DNA from: Neophaeotheca triangularis
Taxonomy: Eukaryota
DNA length: 64,000 nucleotides
Direction: 5' to 3'
NCBI GenBank assembly: GCA_054600435.1
Contig: BAAIJX010000010.1
Span: 124,001 to 188,000, forward strand
Below, piece after piece: positions 1 through 11,652 of the stretch; within the stretch, counting starts at the first letter, position 1, and every line of letters starts with the position of its first letter. The notes under the pieces were generated by a model. That model saw nothing but the letters and a program-made list of their open reading frames with translations, was not told where the DNA came from and did not search any database. The position numbers and the translations under genes were made by a program.

Positions 1-817
1 CGCTTGTTAGCTCGAAGCCCAGTTCCGCGACCTTGCCGTCGCCGTAGAGCGGGTCCCCCCATGTGTTGTCGAGACCCACGGCGAACCAGACAGCGTGCGC
101 GAGCTCGTGGACAAGAGAAGTCGCCATGTCGAAAATCGCCCAGACCTCGACTGCCTGATCGTACTTCTCGCCTTTGAGACGGCACTCGCGCATGCGGGCT
201 AGCTTCATGAATTTCCTAGTGCCGATGGAAATATATGGGGCACGCTGAGGGTAAAAGTCGAGGCTGCCGGCCGCGGCCTGGCTTGGAGGTGATGGTGGTG
301 GTAGGTCTGGGCCACTGCGGGCTGAGGCACAGGTACCTGGAGGCAGATCTTCGGTTTGGATGATAATGTGCTCTGCCAGCCGGGCCAGGCCCCTGTAAAC
401 ATTGGTCTTCCATTGGGGGTCAGATTCGGTGCTTGTTTTGTTTAGCCTCAGTAGACCTTCCGGCGTTTTGTCGCTTCGTTGAATGAGAATCGTGTTGTCG
501 TTATGCATCATGTCCTTCAACAGTTCAAAAGCTGGCAGTGTCTGGAGCAGCTGGGAGGCTAGGCGACAGGGCTTTTCCATGACGCGATAGTTCTCGTCGC
601 TAAAGTAGATGAATCGCTGTCTTGCAAATACCTCCAATATGCCTCCAAAGGCATTGAAATCGGCATCGATCTCGTCCGCGTTGAGACCATCCAGTTTCTC
701 GGTATCGTACAAAAAAGACCTCAACTCTTCATGCAAAGGGATATCGTTTTGGGTTGAGACGTTGCCAGCTACTGCGTTCTGTAAGTAAGTGCCGAAAGAT
801 CCGGGCTGGAAGTCCAT
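1..817 (-). CDS. Partial (runs off window start) hypothetical protein with HExxH zinc-metalloprotease-like motif
   Basis: Manually read minus-strand frame is stop-free from 1090 to position 2. First in-frame ATG at 817 (MDFQPGSFGTYLQ...). It contains SLVHELAHAV (HELAH at 95-109) followed by GKVAELGFE. Absent from the ORF track because it has no stop in the window. Confidence 0.7.
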   Translation of the reverse strand, partial: MDFQPGSFGTYLQNAVAGNVSTQNDIPLHEELRSFLYDTEKLDGLNADEIDADFNAFGGILEVFARQRFIYFSDENYRVMEKPCRLASQLLQTLPAFELLKDMMHNDNTILIQRSDKTPEGLLRLNKTSTESDPQWKTNVYRGLARLAEHIIIQTEDLPPGTCASARSGPDLPPPSPPSQAAAGSLDFYPQRAPYISIGTRKFMKLARMRECRLKGEKYDQAVEVWAIFDMATSLVHELAHAVWFAVGLDNTWGDPLYGDGKVAELGFELTS

Positions 818-1604
818 GCTGTCGAGGAGCGCAAAAAAGATCAACGTTAGGGGAGCTGTGTGTTGGTAATGGCTTTGCCGGCAAAGCAGTGTCAGCGTTG
901 ACGGGCAGCGGATGCTTGTGGAAGATAGTGCTCTACCAGAAGCTTTGCCAGCAAAGCAGTATCGTGTGGGCGGGGGAAGGAAGGAAAATGGAAATTTGGT
1001 GCCATCGAAGCAGGATTCCCATGGAGTTTGAATAAGTAGTACAACGGTCAAAGGAAATACAATGCCCTTGTAGCCCTTTGAAGCTCGAGGTCAGCATCGT
1101 TGATGGCTTTGTTGGAGAGAAGTCGGAAACTCCGCCTTTGTTGGCCGGACAGCTTTGACGGCCGAGGACTGACAAAGAATGTCTCGTGATCGCGTGTAGT
1201 CGACATCGCAATGGATCAGAGGAAGCCAGGAGTATGTGACAATGGAGTGAAGTAGCACCTGAAAAAGGGGCAAGAAAGAAAGTGTAGCAACAGGGAGCCT
1301 TGTCGTGGTAAACTGTCTTCGAGGATGTAGCCCACCCACCACATGCCATGAGAGATCTGTTCGTCGACAATTTCGATTGCTTTGAGGGTTGGCTCGTTGA
1401 TGAAATCTGGAGGGCGATCGTTCATACGGAGAGCTCCCTGAAGTGTTTGACCAGGAGCGCCGAGATATCCCATTACTAGCGTCAAACAAGACCAGCCAAT
1501 CACTGCGCAGCGTATCAGACTTCCTCCTGACCTACACATTCAAAAGGTTTAGTACATTTATTATACACTACCATCCACTGAAGTTTGAGAAGCATGCATC
1601 GCCT

Positions 1605-2786
1605 TCACTCCCTCTCACAATCCCTCCAATACCTCAGCGCCTGCTCCCCGTAACTGCCCTCGTCGGGCTGCCTCCCCTCTAGCGCAGCTGCCAAATTCTC
1701 CAAGCCCGCCTTGTAGTCGGCCTCAACTCTCGAAGCCAGGTCCCGTTTCGGCATCCCCTGCTCTCCCAAGATTCTCCTCGCCAACATCAACCCATGCCAA
1801 AGCGGTACACCATGCAGCATCTCCCATACCGGTCCTTTAGCAGGCGGCGCCTTGCTAGCAGGCTGCATTTTCTCAGGATGCGCTTCCAGGCACGCTAGCA
1901 AGCGCTCGGTGTAGGCACGTACTTTGCCGTCGACGTCGGAGGCCCCTTGGTGTTTGAGACTGTATACAGCGGCCAATTCCAGGAACACAGCTACAACTTC
2001 CGGCGCGCGCCGTGGGTCATCGGGGCGTAAGTACCGTCCCATACCGTGTACGGATGACTCGAGGAGCGAAGCGATCGTTTGTGCCTGCTTCAGAGACCTA
2101 GCAGTTGCGGACTTTGACCACTGACATCGCTGAGCGCGGTCGTGCAGTCCTTGGATCATTTGGTTTAGGACTTCGGGCTGCGATAGCACGAAACCTATTT
2201 TCTCGCTTTGTTGGAGACAGAGAATGAGCACACCTATGCGGTCCGCTTGTATGGCCCGGCGAACGATCTTTTCTACCACGTGGGGTTTCGGCGGGCTGTT
2301 GCATTGCTTGAGGCCCATGAGAAGGCCTGGGAGGTTGTTCCATGCTTCTCCACCTGTTTCAGACATCTGGTCAATGGCGGTGTGGAGGAGTTTGAGGCGG
2401 TTGGGGACCTCGGTCCGTCGGTCTATCCATTGTAGGGGGAACTCGTCGCCGGCTAGGTTGACAGACTGTGGGTTCTCTGCTAAGGTTTGCTGGTTCTTGG
2501 TGCCGAAGATAAGTTTCCGTTGCGATTTGGAGAGGAGCGAGGGTACGAAGTGCTTGTCACGGAACTGGTTGAGGGTGTTACTGAGATCGGGATTGGAGGT
2601 GTTGAAGGAAGGGACATGGTGGTCTAAAAGTGATTAGTATCTTTAGCAATCTTGGAGGGACGACCATGGCATACCCTTTCGTCTTGATGCGCTGGTCGAG
2701 AAGGCGCGAGTAGATGTCGCGGGTGCCTCTGCAAGGTTCGCAGCTCTTTGGAGGCGCAGCGTGCACCTGTTACATATTGAGGACAT
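1605..2786 (-). CDS. Uncharacterised, probably mitochondrial protein (376 aa, 2 exons)
   Basis: ATG 2786 with Arg/Ser-rich presequence-like N-terminus (MSSICNRCTLRLQR...RAFSTSASRR). Intron 2624-2674 (GTATGC...TACTAAT...TAG) joins in frame to the ORF ending at 1605. Confidence 0.75.
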
Positions 2787-2957
2787 TGTGAAGGGTTAGT
2801 GATGTTATATGCATGGGGAATCGGGTCAATGGCTGCTTTGGAGAGGAAGTCATGTTAAGGTGAGGCTTGGCATCTCCGGTGAAACTCCGCAGAGTGCATC
2901 TTGACTTGTACGGGGACGGCAGACATCGAATACAACCCAACCCTGTTCTAGTACGCC

Positions 2958-3734
2958 ATGTCGATGCCTTCAAGTTCGTTACGGCCCCTTGCTGGCCTTA
3001 AGCAAGCCCTACGACAATGTCGCGCTGAACGACAGTGCCAACAGCGAAACTATGCGACCGGCGCCGAGGCCCTCTATCCTTCCCTTCAAACTCGCCCACC
3101 ACCGGGTTTCCGACCATCTCAAGCGACTAAGCAGAACCGTACGAACATAACGAAGACCTCGTACTACTTGTCGCTATACTAATTATGCGGTACAGGCTTT
3201 GAGGAAGGCTTCAAGAAAATTCCGGTCTACCCGGCGCCCCGCTCTACCATTAAAACCTGCCCCGATGCTATAGCAGCAGTCACAGCAAAGCAACTCCAAG
3301 TCCTCGATCCCACCGGCGCGCGCTCACGTCTCTTCTCCAAAACGAACCCCGAGCGAGCGCAGCAAGGCGACATCCTCCTCGTACGGCTAAAGAACGGCGA
3401 CCCTTTCGCCGGTGTCTGTCTCAGCATCCGCCGGACTTCACGAATTGACACGGCGATCTTGTTGCGCAATCAGCTCACCCGTGTCGGAGCGGAAATGTGG
3501 TTCAAGGTGTATTCGCCGAATGTGGAGGGCATTGAGGTCGTGCAGAGGAAGGAACGCAGAGCGAGGAGAGCCAGGCTGTATTACATGCGCCAGCCGAAGC
3601 ATGACGTAGGAAGCGTCGATAACACGGTCAGGCAGTACCAGAGGCAAAGGGCTGGTGGCGCTGTGGGCGGGAATGCCAAGGGGAGGGATACCAACAGCGG
3701 GAAGAAGAAGAACAACAAGAGGGGCAGAAACTGA
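2958..3734 (+). CDS. IMG1: Mitochondrial large ribosomal subunit protein bL19m
   Basis: Presequence exon, intron about 3139-3195 (GTACGA...TACTAAT...CAG), then GDILLV..FAGVCLSIRR..LRNQLTRVGAEMWFKVYSPNVEGIEVVQ..RARRARLYYMR, typical of the L19 family. Confidence 0.9.
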
Positions 3735-4471
3735 AATGTTGGAATGGATTAGCATGGGGATGGAGAAATAGGCGCTGTACTATAGTATTGGTGTACGGAT
3801 ACGGCGAGCAAGTATTATACCCAACAGCTCGCAGTCTGTTGTCAATATACGAAAGCACAATCACGATCTTTGCTGGCTTCGGGTGAGAAACTGTACAATG
3901 GCCTGCGATACATTTTGTGAGGACGTGATGGCCGGTCAGTATTTGCGCCCCTGACATACACGGAAGCCATCTCACACTTGATGCCTGCGTAGCAACCTGC
4001 TGACCTTTGGGAGCCACCAGAGGCAACTTTCTCCTGAAACGCTCTCGCCAAGCCCACACTCCAATACTGAACAACTACAAATCGTCGAACAAGACTTCCC
4101 TTCCCGGCAGACTGGTGCAATTACGACCCGTAGACTCGAATGGGAAGTTGAGAAGGACTATCGAAAGTGTGGCTTCGTAAAAGTCGAATCTTTAATGTAT
4201 ATTACAGCCAGTACGCTCACCGGGAACATCAGCTTGTAAGCAACAACCTCTCTGTAGTACATACGAGGAACTTAGAGGTAAGCAATTGGCGCCAGCCTCA
4301 ACTAGTCCATGTCTCGCGCCGCATTAAAGCATGCCTCCCGGGCAATCAAATACTCGATCTTTTCTTCACCACTCTCCTTCTTTTTCTCCACAACCGTCTC
4401 AGCAGAGCATCTCCCAAAGAAGCGCAAAGACTGCATCCTCAGTAGTTCCCGCCGAGAAAGCGTCCAGGAAG

Positions 4472-5893
4472 ATGATCTCGTCAACTCTCGTCACGCTCCT
4501 GGCGGTTGGAAGTCTCATCGCAGACGCCACCGCCCTGCCAGGGCGAAATCGCGATGCGACAACGCTGCCCGGTCCGGGGCTCAACGTCAACGGCGCACTT
4601 GATTCCCCAGTCACCGGGAGCGCACAATTTACCGTGGCCGAAGATGGTTCCGCTGTCCCTGGCGCAGCTAACCACGTCCCCAGCGACACCATCCTCCCCC
4701 TCCGTCCGGAGTTCGTCCTAGAGGACGGCTCTCTGGACCGCTCGGCCTTCGAAGCGAGCAAACTCGCCCGCCGGGGAATGGCCCCCAGCCAATGCACCTT
4801 CACCCTTCAGCCCCCCGACATCGACCTGCTTGCCGGTCCCAATGCCCTCTATTACCAGTGGGTTATGGACTCAATGTGCTACTACACGATCGCCTCGCAC
4901 AGCAGCCGCTTCAGCATGGTGCGCGACTACCGCTTCACGCACTGGAAAATTCCGCAAGCGCAAACGGCTCTCAAAGACCGCCCGCGCAACCTGAACCCGC
5001 ACAAGTGGGAGCCCAACTGCGCGGAGCACACGTGCCAGAGTCAGGACTGGGCGCTCGAGAGCGTCAAGACGCCGCCCTCGAGTTGCGAGCTCGTGGTCAT
5101 GGACGGCGGGTGGGTCGACGAGGCTATGCTTGAGGAGGCGAGCGTGGAGTTGAGCCAGTGGTGCTGGATTGTTTTGCAGACGGCTATTATGCCGAACAAG
5201 ACGCCGCTGAGGGCTATGAATATCATGCCTGTGTCGCCGCAAGGGCCGGGCGTGGCGAGTATCCTTCAAGCAGGGAAGAGGGATGTGGCTACCGAGGCGC
5301 CCTCCGTGGGATCCAGTGCGGTTTCCAACGTGCAGACAGCGCGGGCGACCCACGCTGGCGATTTCAAGGCAATGGCGACCGCAGAAGTTACCAAGACCGC
5401 GGAGGTTTCCAACAACATCCGGCTCCACAGCCTCAGTAAGTCCACCAGTTCGCCCACCGAGACTGCGTCGACTTTCGAAAAGATCAAGCTCCACGACCTC
5501 AACAAACACCACAGCACCACCGCCAGCTCCAGTCACAGGACCGGTCCCTCGCACTTGTCCCTTCAGACAACGCACTCAACCACAAACCAACCCCACTCGG
5601 CCTCCTTCACAACCCACACCCGCGCCGCCTCGACATACAACAACACGACCACGGCCACCCCTACGCCTTCCCCATCGCCTCTTCCCTGGTACGCCGACTC
5701 CCCCGATAGCATGGGGAGTCCAACTTTTAACTCGCTCTACGCGCACTCCTTGCTCGAAGCCAACGATGGCGAGGGACGGAAGTCTGCGAATGAGAAGGCC
5801 GGTGGGTTGGCCGAAAGGTGGATTTGGGCCGCTGTGGGTTGCGTCATGGTGTTGAGTGTGATTCTGGCTGTGGTTGGTGGGTGGTGTAGGTGA
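4472..5893 (+). CDS. Predicted secreted/type I membrane protein: signal peptide, Cys-containing domain, Ser/Thr-rich stalk, C-terminal TM helix
   Basis: Within ORF 4331-5893. ATG 4472 gives MISSTLVTLLAVGSLIADATALP (signal-peptide-like). S/T-rich second half. C-terminal WIWAAVGCVMVLSVILAVVGGW. Confidence 0.7.
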   Translation: MISSTLVTLLAVGSLIADATALPGRNRDATTLPGPGLNVNGALDSPVTGSAQFTVAEDGSAVPGAANHVPSDTILPLRPEFVLEDGSLDRSAFEASKLARRGMAPSQCTFTLQPPDIDLLAGPNALYYQWVMDSMCYYTIASHSSRFSMVRDYRFTHWKIPQAQTALKDRPRNLNPHKWEPNCAEHTCQSQDWALESVKTPPSSCELVVMDGGWVDEAMLEEASVELSQWCWIVLQTAIMPNKTPLRAMNIMPVSPQGPGVASILQAGKRDVATEAPSVGSSAVSNVQTARATHAGDFKAMATAEVTKTAEVSNNIRLHSLSKSTSSPTETASTFEKIKLHDLNKHHSTTASSSHRTGPSHLSLQTTHSTTNQPHSASFTTHTRAASTYNNTTTATPTPSPSPLPWYADSPDSMGSPTFNSLYAHSLLEANDGEGRKSANEKAGGLAERWIWAAVGCVMVLSVILAVVGGWCR

Positions 5894-6365
5894 ATGGAAG
5901 GCGTTGATTGGTGGGGGGATGTGGGTAGGAGAAAAGGGACTGAGGGCAGCCCTGGGGTGAAGGATGCTTATGCTCAGAGGAAGCGATGCGAGATGCGTAT
6001 CAGGTTTTGCTTTTGACGTCTGTGTCATACGACTCGTGCTGCGTTTTGTCACGGCAACCACGGGGAGTATTTGTGTGAGTGTCCAGTGTTCGTACGGCGG
6101 CGTTTGGGGTTTTCGAAAAGCGACATTGGGCTAGTCATCTACACTATTGCAAGTCCAGATTGTACATGTCAAAAAACGTGTATCAACCCTTCTCAATGTG
6201 CAATCCGGTGTTCAACCGAGAGCAAGAAAGCAAAAGGCCTAGAGTAAAAACATGTGCATACGAATTGTGCAGAAGCAAGTCGCTAAGACGCGCAAATAAT
6301 AACCACCATGCAATCCGCCCTTTCTCAGCTGTATATCCCAGGTACAACCCCAGCAACTGCCTCAT

Positions 6366-7946
6366 CTAAAAAGCATCCTCTCCCAACCTTGGTGCCCCAC
6401 CCTTCCAATCCTCCCTCTCAAAATACCTAAAAACCAACTCATACCCCTCCAAGTCATGCACAATGCGATCGACCCGGCGATACCCCTTGACAGCATCCAT
6501 GCGCTTATCCTTCTTCGCCATAATCTTCTCATCACCCGTTGGATTCTTAGCCTCAAAGAGCGTAACGCTGAACCTCCCCGGTTTAAAAATATCGACAACC
6601 TGTTCGACGACTTCGACGGTCTCGCGGCCGGTCTGGCGCGTGGGGACGTTTGTCTCGAATGAGGCGTAGGAGCATTGTGGCTCTGGGGTTACGTGGACGG
6701 TGAAGTAGTGCGTAGCTTCGGTGTTGGAGGGGGCGGGGACGACGCCATTGGCGGAGAAGCCGCAGGGGGTGAAGAGGTAGGCGTCGATGCGGGCATCGGG
6801 GTATTTGCTGGTGGGGTAGAGGTTGGAGAGCCCGCAATTGTCTGATACGACGGTGCCGAGGGTGTGGCCTTCGGTTGTTAGCTCTTCGGAGAAATCTAGG
6901 TCGTCGTCTTCGCCGGCGTTAGTGTCGAAGGTGGCGTGCTCGGTCGAGGTTTGCGCAAAGACGTCCAAGTGGGTGTCGTCTTTCTTGGGCGTTCCGTTGA
7001 CTTGGGCCCCTTCACCGTTGGCCTTTTCCTTCTCTTCGATAGTGCCGAGATGTGCGAGTGCATCCTTGCGGGCATTGTGGGCTCGGCGAGAGTTGTCCTT
7101 GGCCACGGCGCTGGCGTCGTCGAGATAGAACTTGCGAGCATTCTGCTCTTCAAGATCGGTCATCAGGATTTCGAGAGTTTCGTCGCCGCTTTCGTCCACC
7201 ACAGAGGCGTTCGCTGCCTTCTCTGCCATTTGCTCGGGCATGTCGAGGTGCTTGGTGGCAGTAGGAACCAAATCTTCTTCAGGAGTAGCAGGTGGCGTGA
7301 GCTGAGAGTTGGGGCCAGTGATGTACAGATACCAGTGTTCCCCATTCATCTTGCCTATCATGTATGCACTCCCACCGACAAACATCTTGTCCATGTAGCG
7401 CACCTCGTCTCGCCAGCTGCGGTGGGGTCCCTTCTGCTGATCCGGGTAAAGGTAGTTCTTACGGCTGTAGAACACCCTGAATGGAGTCGCGGCCGCCGGT
7501 ACGCCCTGCGGAAGATCCGCCTTGACATGCGGAAAGCCTGCCTCGAGCGCAGCAATCTCAAGCATACGCGGCAGCCCGCAAAGAAGGGTCGTCGTCCCGC
7601 ACGTCTTCAACACGAGCTTGTGCGGAAAAACGAACATGCTCGACTCGGACAGCAAGTAAGCGTCGACATTGCCCGACTCTATCACGGACAGCACCTTGCA
7701 ATTGACCAAGTCAAGCATCTCCTTCCACGCATCGTGAGACACGGCCTTCAAGCCTTGAGGCGCGCATCCTGCCGGTAGAGCCTTTTCCGAAGAAGCAAAC
7801 CACACCTCTAGCAGCTTTTCGGGCCCTTCGAATGCATTGCTCGAGTCGAGGTCGACAGCAACCTCCCGATTGATAGTCAGGTAAGGTGTGCCAGCGACCG
7901 AGGAAGGCGAGCCGGTGTAATGCTGGGGGATATCGGTTTCCACCAT
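6366..7946 (-). CDS. SPE2: S-adenosylmethionine decarboxylase proenzyme
   Basis: FEGPEKLLEVWF, YLLSESSMFV self-cleavage motif, LKTCGTT, FTPCGFSANG, HVTPEP..SYASFETN. Confidence 0.97.
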   Translation of the reverse strand: MVETDIPQHYTGSPSSVAGTPYLTINREVAVDLDSSNAFEGPEKLLEVWFASSEKALPAGCAPQGLKAVSHDAWKEMLDLVNCKVLSVIESGNVDAYLLSESSMFVFPHKLVLKTCGTTTLLCGLPRMLEIAALEAGFPHVKADLPQGVPAAATPFRVFYSRKNYLYPDQQKGPHRSWRDEVRYMDKMFVGGSAYMIGKMNGEHWYLYITGPNSQLTPPATPEEDLVPTATKHLDMPEQMAEKAANASVVDESGDETLEILMTDLEEQNARKFYLDDASAVAKDNSRRAHNARKDALAHLGTIEEKEKANGEGAQVNGTPKKDDTHLDVFAQTSTEHATFDTNAGEDDDLDFSEELTTEGHTLGTVVSDNCGLSNLYPTSKYPDARIDAYLFTPCGFSANGVVPAPSNTEATHYFTVHVTPEPQCSYASFETNVPTRQTGRETVEVVEQVVDIFKPGRFSVTLFEAKNPTGDEKIMAKKDKRMDAVKGYRRVDRIVHDLEGYELVFRYFEREDWKGGAPRLGEDAF

Positions 7947-8990
7947 CTCCAGCCTAACAATTCTCTTTCAAGCTACGTCCAACTTGCAACAACCTGATCC
8001 CTTGCTTGCTCTTGCGGCTTCCTAATGTTTCCCAATTGACTGATTGCTACCGTGTGGTCGAAATGGACAGCGTAATGTACAGAGAGAAGGCCAAATGCTT
8101 CTTCGGATATGTGGAGGCTGGCTTACGCCAGCGGCAGTGGTTTGTTGGAGTTTAAAACGGCCACGAAGGACGTTATGGAGGTCGCGCGGATAGGGGAATA
8201 TAAGAGCTCTTGCGGCGCGGAATGATGTCGGTTGTGCCCCCCGCGGTCTTCAGTCGCCGATACCTTTTCGTAGATACCGGGTCGAGTTGAGAGGGTGACT
8301 TGCGGCAAGTAGGTGGTGTTACCTAGGCTTCGCAGGCTTGGATAGAAATCGTACTAGGTCCTCTGGTCGCATGAAATGGTTACTAGAGGTCCTGTGTGAG
8401 CGTGAATGCTCGCTCTCCGTCACAGAGCAAATGTCATCGGGTGGCTGTGTTTCGCCGTGCTCTTTGCAGTTTCCCTGCTCTTGCAATGTTGTGTAAAAGA
8501 CGCTAACGCGACCGTCCTCGATCCTCCCGGGTTTGAATATCTCTTCAAAAAAGGTACTGTCAGTGTCAAATTGACTGAAGAATAGGAAGAAGACCAAGTT
8601 GTCGTCTCGTCTTAATTTTTCCCGCGGTGAAGCGGTGCCACGTGCGGGAAATTCTGGGATTGGCACCGTTTGCCTCGTTTCGTTGGACTTTGCCATGCCA
8701 TGCCCTGCGCTTTGCTGTTCGCCACACGTCACCAGCGCATCTTTGCCGTAAGTTCGGGAGGCAACATGGAAGCAATCGCATGCTCATGTGAGATACAAGC
8801 GCGTTACCGACTAAGCGAAGACATACTGTACATGGGCCAGATCTATCATTGCTATGGTATCGGACAAGCCCCAAACTCAGCTTCATTATGGAGTCCATCC
8901 GAGTACGCATGATTGCAAGAAACTGATCGTTCGTAATGCATACACGCTACAGTGGCACCTTGACCTTTGGTGTATCATCGTTAAACCACC

Positions 8991-10439
8991 CTATTCCGCA
9001 AGAACATCCCTCATCGTGACTGTCCTCCCCTCAAGCTCAACCCCAGCCTCAGTCAATCCACGACACATGACCGCCCGAGCCAATTCCCGAATGTCCGACA
9101 CCAAATCATGCGGTCTCTCCTGAGCCGGAAACCGCACCCTGCCCTCTCTCCGCCTGACAAAAGCAACACGATGATAAGCTTCCGCCCACTGCGGCGGACA
9201 AGCTCCGGTTCCTGTGCTGGGAACGTTGTTGTCGTGGAAATGGCTGATGCCCAGAAGCACGTTGCTGTAAGTTGTCCACAACGCGGGTGAGAGGGAGGCG
9301 GAGTTGACGAGCCAGCGGAGTGCGACTTCAGGACCTGGTAGCCAGTAGAGCATCGTGTAGTTGAGGAGCGCGGTGGGCGTCCAGGGGTTCTGTATGTTGC
9401 TAAAGTCGAGAGCTGGAGCTGTCTGTTTGGTCGGTGTGGGCTTGAGGGCATCGAGAATGTGCGCAAGTAGGCCTGCAGGTGAATCGCATAGCCCGTACGC
9501 TGTCGTTTGGGGACGTTCCTCGGTTCGTTGGTAAATTTCGGGCGTTATAGGCTGTGAAATTGCGGCTTGGGGAGATCGCTGCCGTTGGTGTGTTGGCGAG
9601 CTACCCATTTCGCAGTCAGGGCTTTGGTAGCTGTGATTCGATCTTCTCAGCAAAACTGGCTGTTAGCCCGGCTCTGTGATACCTCGACACAGGTCCCAGT
9701 GATTAGGCCTACCTTGGTGCTGGCACCTCCGGGTTGACGGTGTGGATCGCAACGCAATGGCCGGGATGTCTGAGCGCGATCAAGCGGGAGATCTCGAAGC
9801 CCCTGCAGGAGGTTGAGTCTATGAGTCCAAAGCCGTGTGAGAATGTTTAACGCACCATCCTGAGCCGTGCACAATGAATTGGTTATACCCAAGACCCCTC
9901 ATCAACGCCACGAAAACATCAGCCGTCGTTCGCATGTTGTTGCCAGCTTCAGGCAAGGCGTCACTAAAAGCAAACCCGGGTATGCTTGGAACGATGACGT
10001 GAAAGGCCGGCATGGTCTCATCCCCGACCGGAGGCGTCAAGACAGGGTCACACAAAGAGTTGATCATACTTGACACGCTGATGAAGCTCTCAGGCCACCC
10101 ATGAACGAAGAGCAAAGGTATTGCATCGAGGGAAGGCGATCTCTTATGGACAAAATGCAGCCGTGTGCCGCCAATGGAGATCCTATACTGCGGAAGGGTG
10201 TCGTTGAAGAAACGCTCTTGCGTACGCCACTCGTAGCTTTCTAGCCAATGGTCAACCAGAGGTTCGAGGGAGGTTTTGTCCACGCCGCAGTCCCAGTGAT
10301 GTGTGCTTTTCGGTTGTCGGGGCAGACGGGTCAGTTCGAGCTTTCGTTTGGTGAGATCCAGGTATCGCTGAGAAACATGCATGCAGTAGGGTTGTACGCC
10401 GTTTGTGTCCGCCGGCGGTGATGGCGAGAGAGATGCCAT
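8991..10439 (-). CDS. Epoxide-hydrolase-like alpha/beta hydrolase (EHN N-terminal domain), multi-exon
   Basis: LVDHWLESYEWRTQERFFN, LHFVH, PLLFVHGWPESF, FHVIVPSIPGFAFS, RPQTTAYGLCDSPAGLLA. Introns at about 9803-9855 and about 9630-9710 (second boundaries uncertain). Confidence 0.85.
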
Positions 10440-11652
10440 CGCTGGGATTCGAGTGATGCAAACCACACGTCCGTAGGATCCGATGTCACTTTTTGCTAGC
10501 TCGTGGCGGTAATAGCTACCAGTTTTCGTGAATCAGTGAAGGAGGCTCAGAAATAGAGCAAAGGACCTGGGCTGCAGTCGATTGACCACGAACTTGTCGG
10601 ACCTTGAGCGAGTAGCGGGAAGGATGCAGTAAAAGTGAATAGTCTAGACGTAAGCTCTTGGGCACTAAGAGAGAAGCTCCGGGAAAGTGTGGATACCTCA
10701 TATCATTCCTGACAAGCGTCTATGTAGCAACTGACCATGAAAAGCACCCAAGGTCATTCGTTCGACAGGCATTGTCCTAACAACATTGATCCTGTATCGG
10801 GGATCCGATGTGCTTAGAAGATGCACACATCCGTATGCTTTTAAGAAGTTTGCGCGCGGCGACAACCACAAGTGCTGGGCAAAGGTCGTTTGTCAAGCCT
10901 TGGTAAAACGCCATTGACCTTACGTGTGGGTGCTTTGGGGCGTGGGGATCGTCCACGTTTCTGCAGCCCGATGCCGCGAATGGCTGTCAAGTGGCTCTGC
11001 CAAAGAGCCGAGCTGAAGGAACTCGGAACCTTAAAGACTGTCGATCTACGTGGGTATCGCGTCGGAAAATCAAGCATAGAGAGGCGAGCAAATCGATCAG
11101 TAATCCTCGGAAATTGCCCCATAGAGAGTCTTCTCTTTCTTTCAGACAAAAGCTGATCTTTGGAAGACGCTCATGTGACATTGGAGCCCTTGGCCTTCCT
11201 TGGACTTCAGCTGGCACAGAAAGACCAAGGAGTCCGGGAATGCAGATTCGCCAATGTAGAAATGGCGAGACCCTCGCCGCAGCTGTACTTCTCCGCGTTA
11301 GGCCTTTGGAGCTCCGGTGGGCAGCAGCACAGGCTTTCGCGCGGACCCGTTGTACAAGTGTGTTACTGCGAAGTACAACGTTGGATGTGGGCCATGAGTG
11401 CCGTAAGACCACTAGTTGTTGTCATTTTTTGCAAGCAAGACTCTGCGATTCGTCGTGCAATGCGCCAAAGCGTGCGGTTGCAGATATTGCCAAGAATGAA
11501 CCCGCCCTACCCGCATACCCGCCCTTATCTCTTTCAGCATCGATGCCAAGGTTGCCCATGTTTTCACGACCGTTATGCATCCGGTGCGGAAAGGCTGCGA
11601 AAGTGGAGCTTCGTGTTTTCAGCCTTGCGATAAGGCCGGGTAACTAGATGCC

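Noticed and set aside
10841..11647. Several 90-220 aa ORFs, two in the same frame split by one TGA (10872-11156, 11160-11633)
   Set aside because: Mostly non-ATG starts and no recognisable motif; no support for readthrough or a pseudogene.
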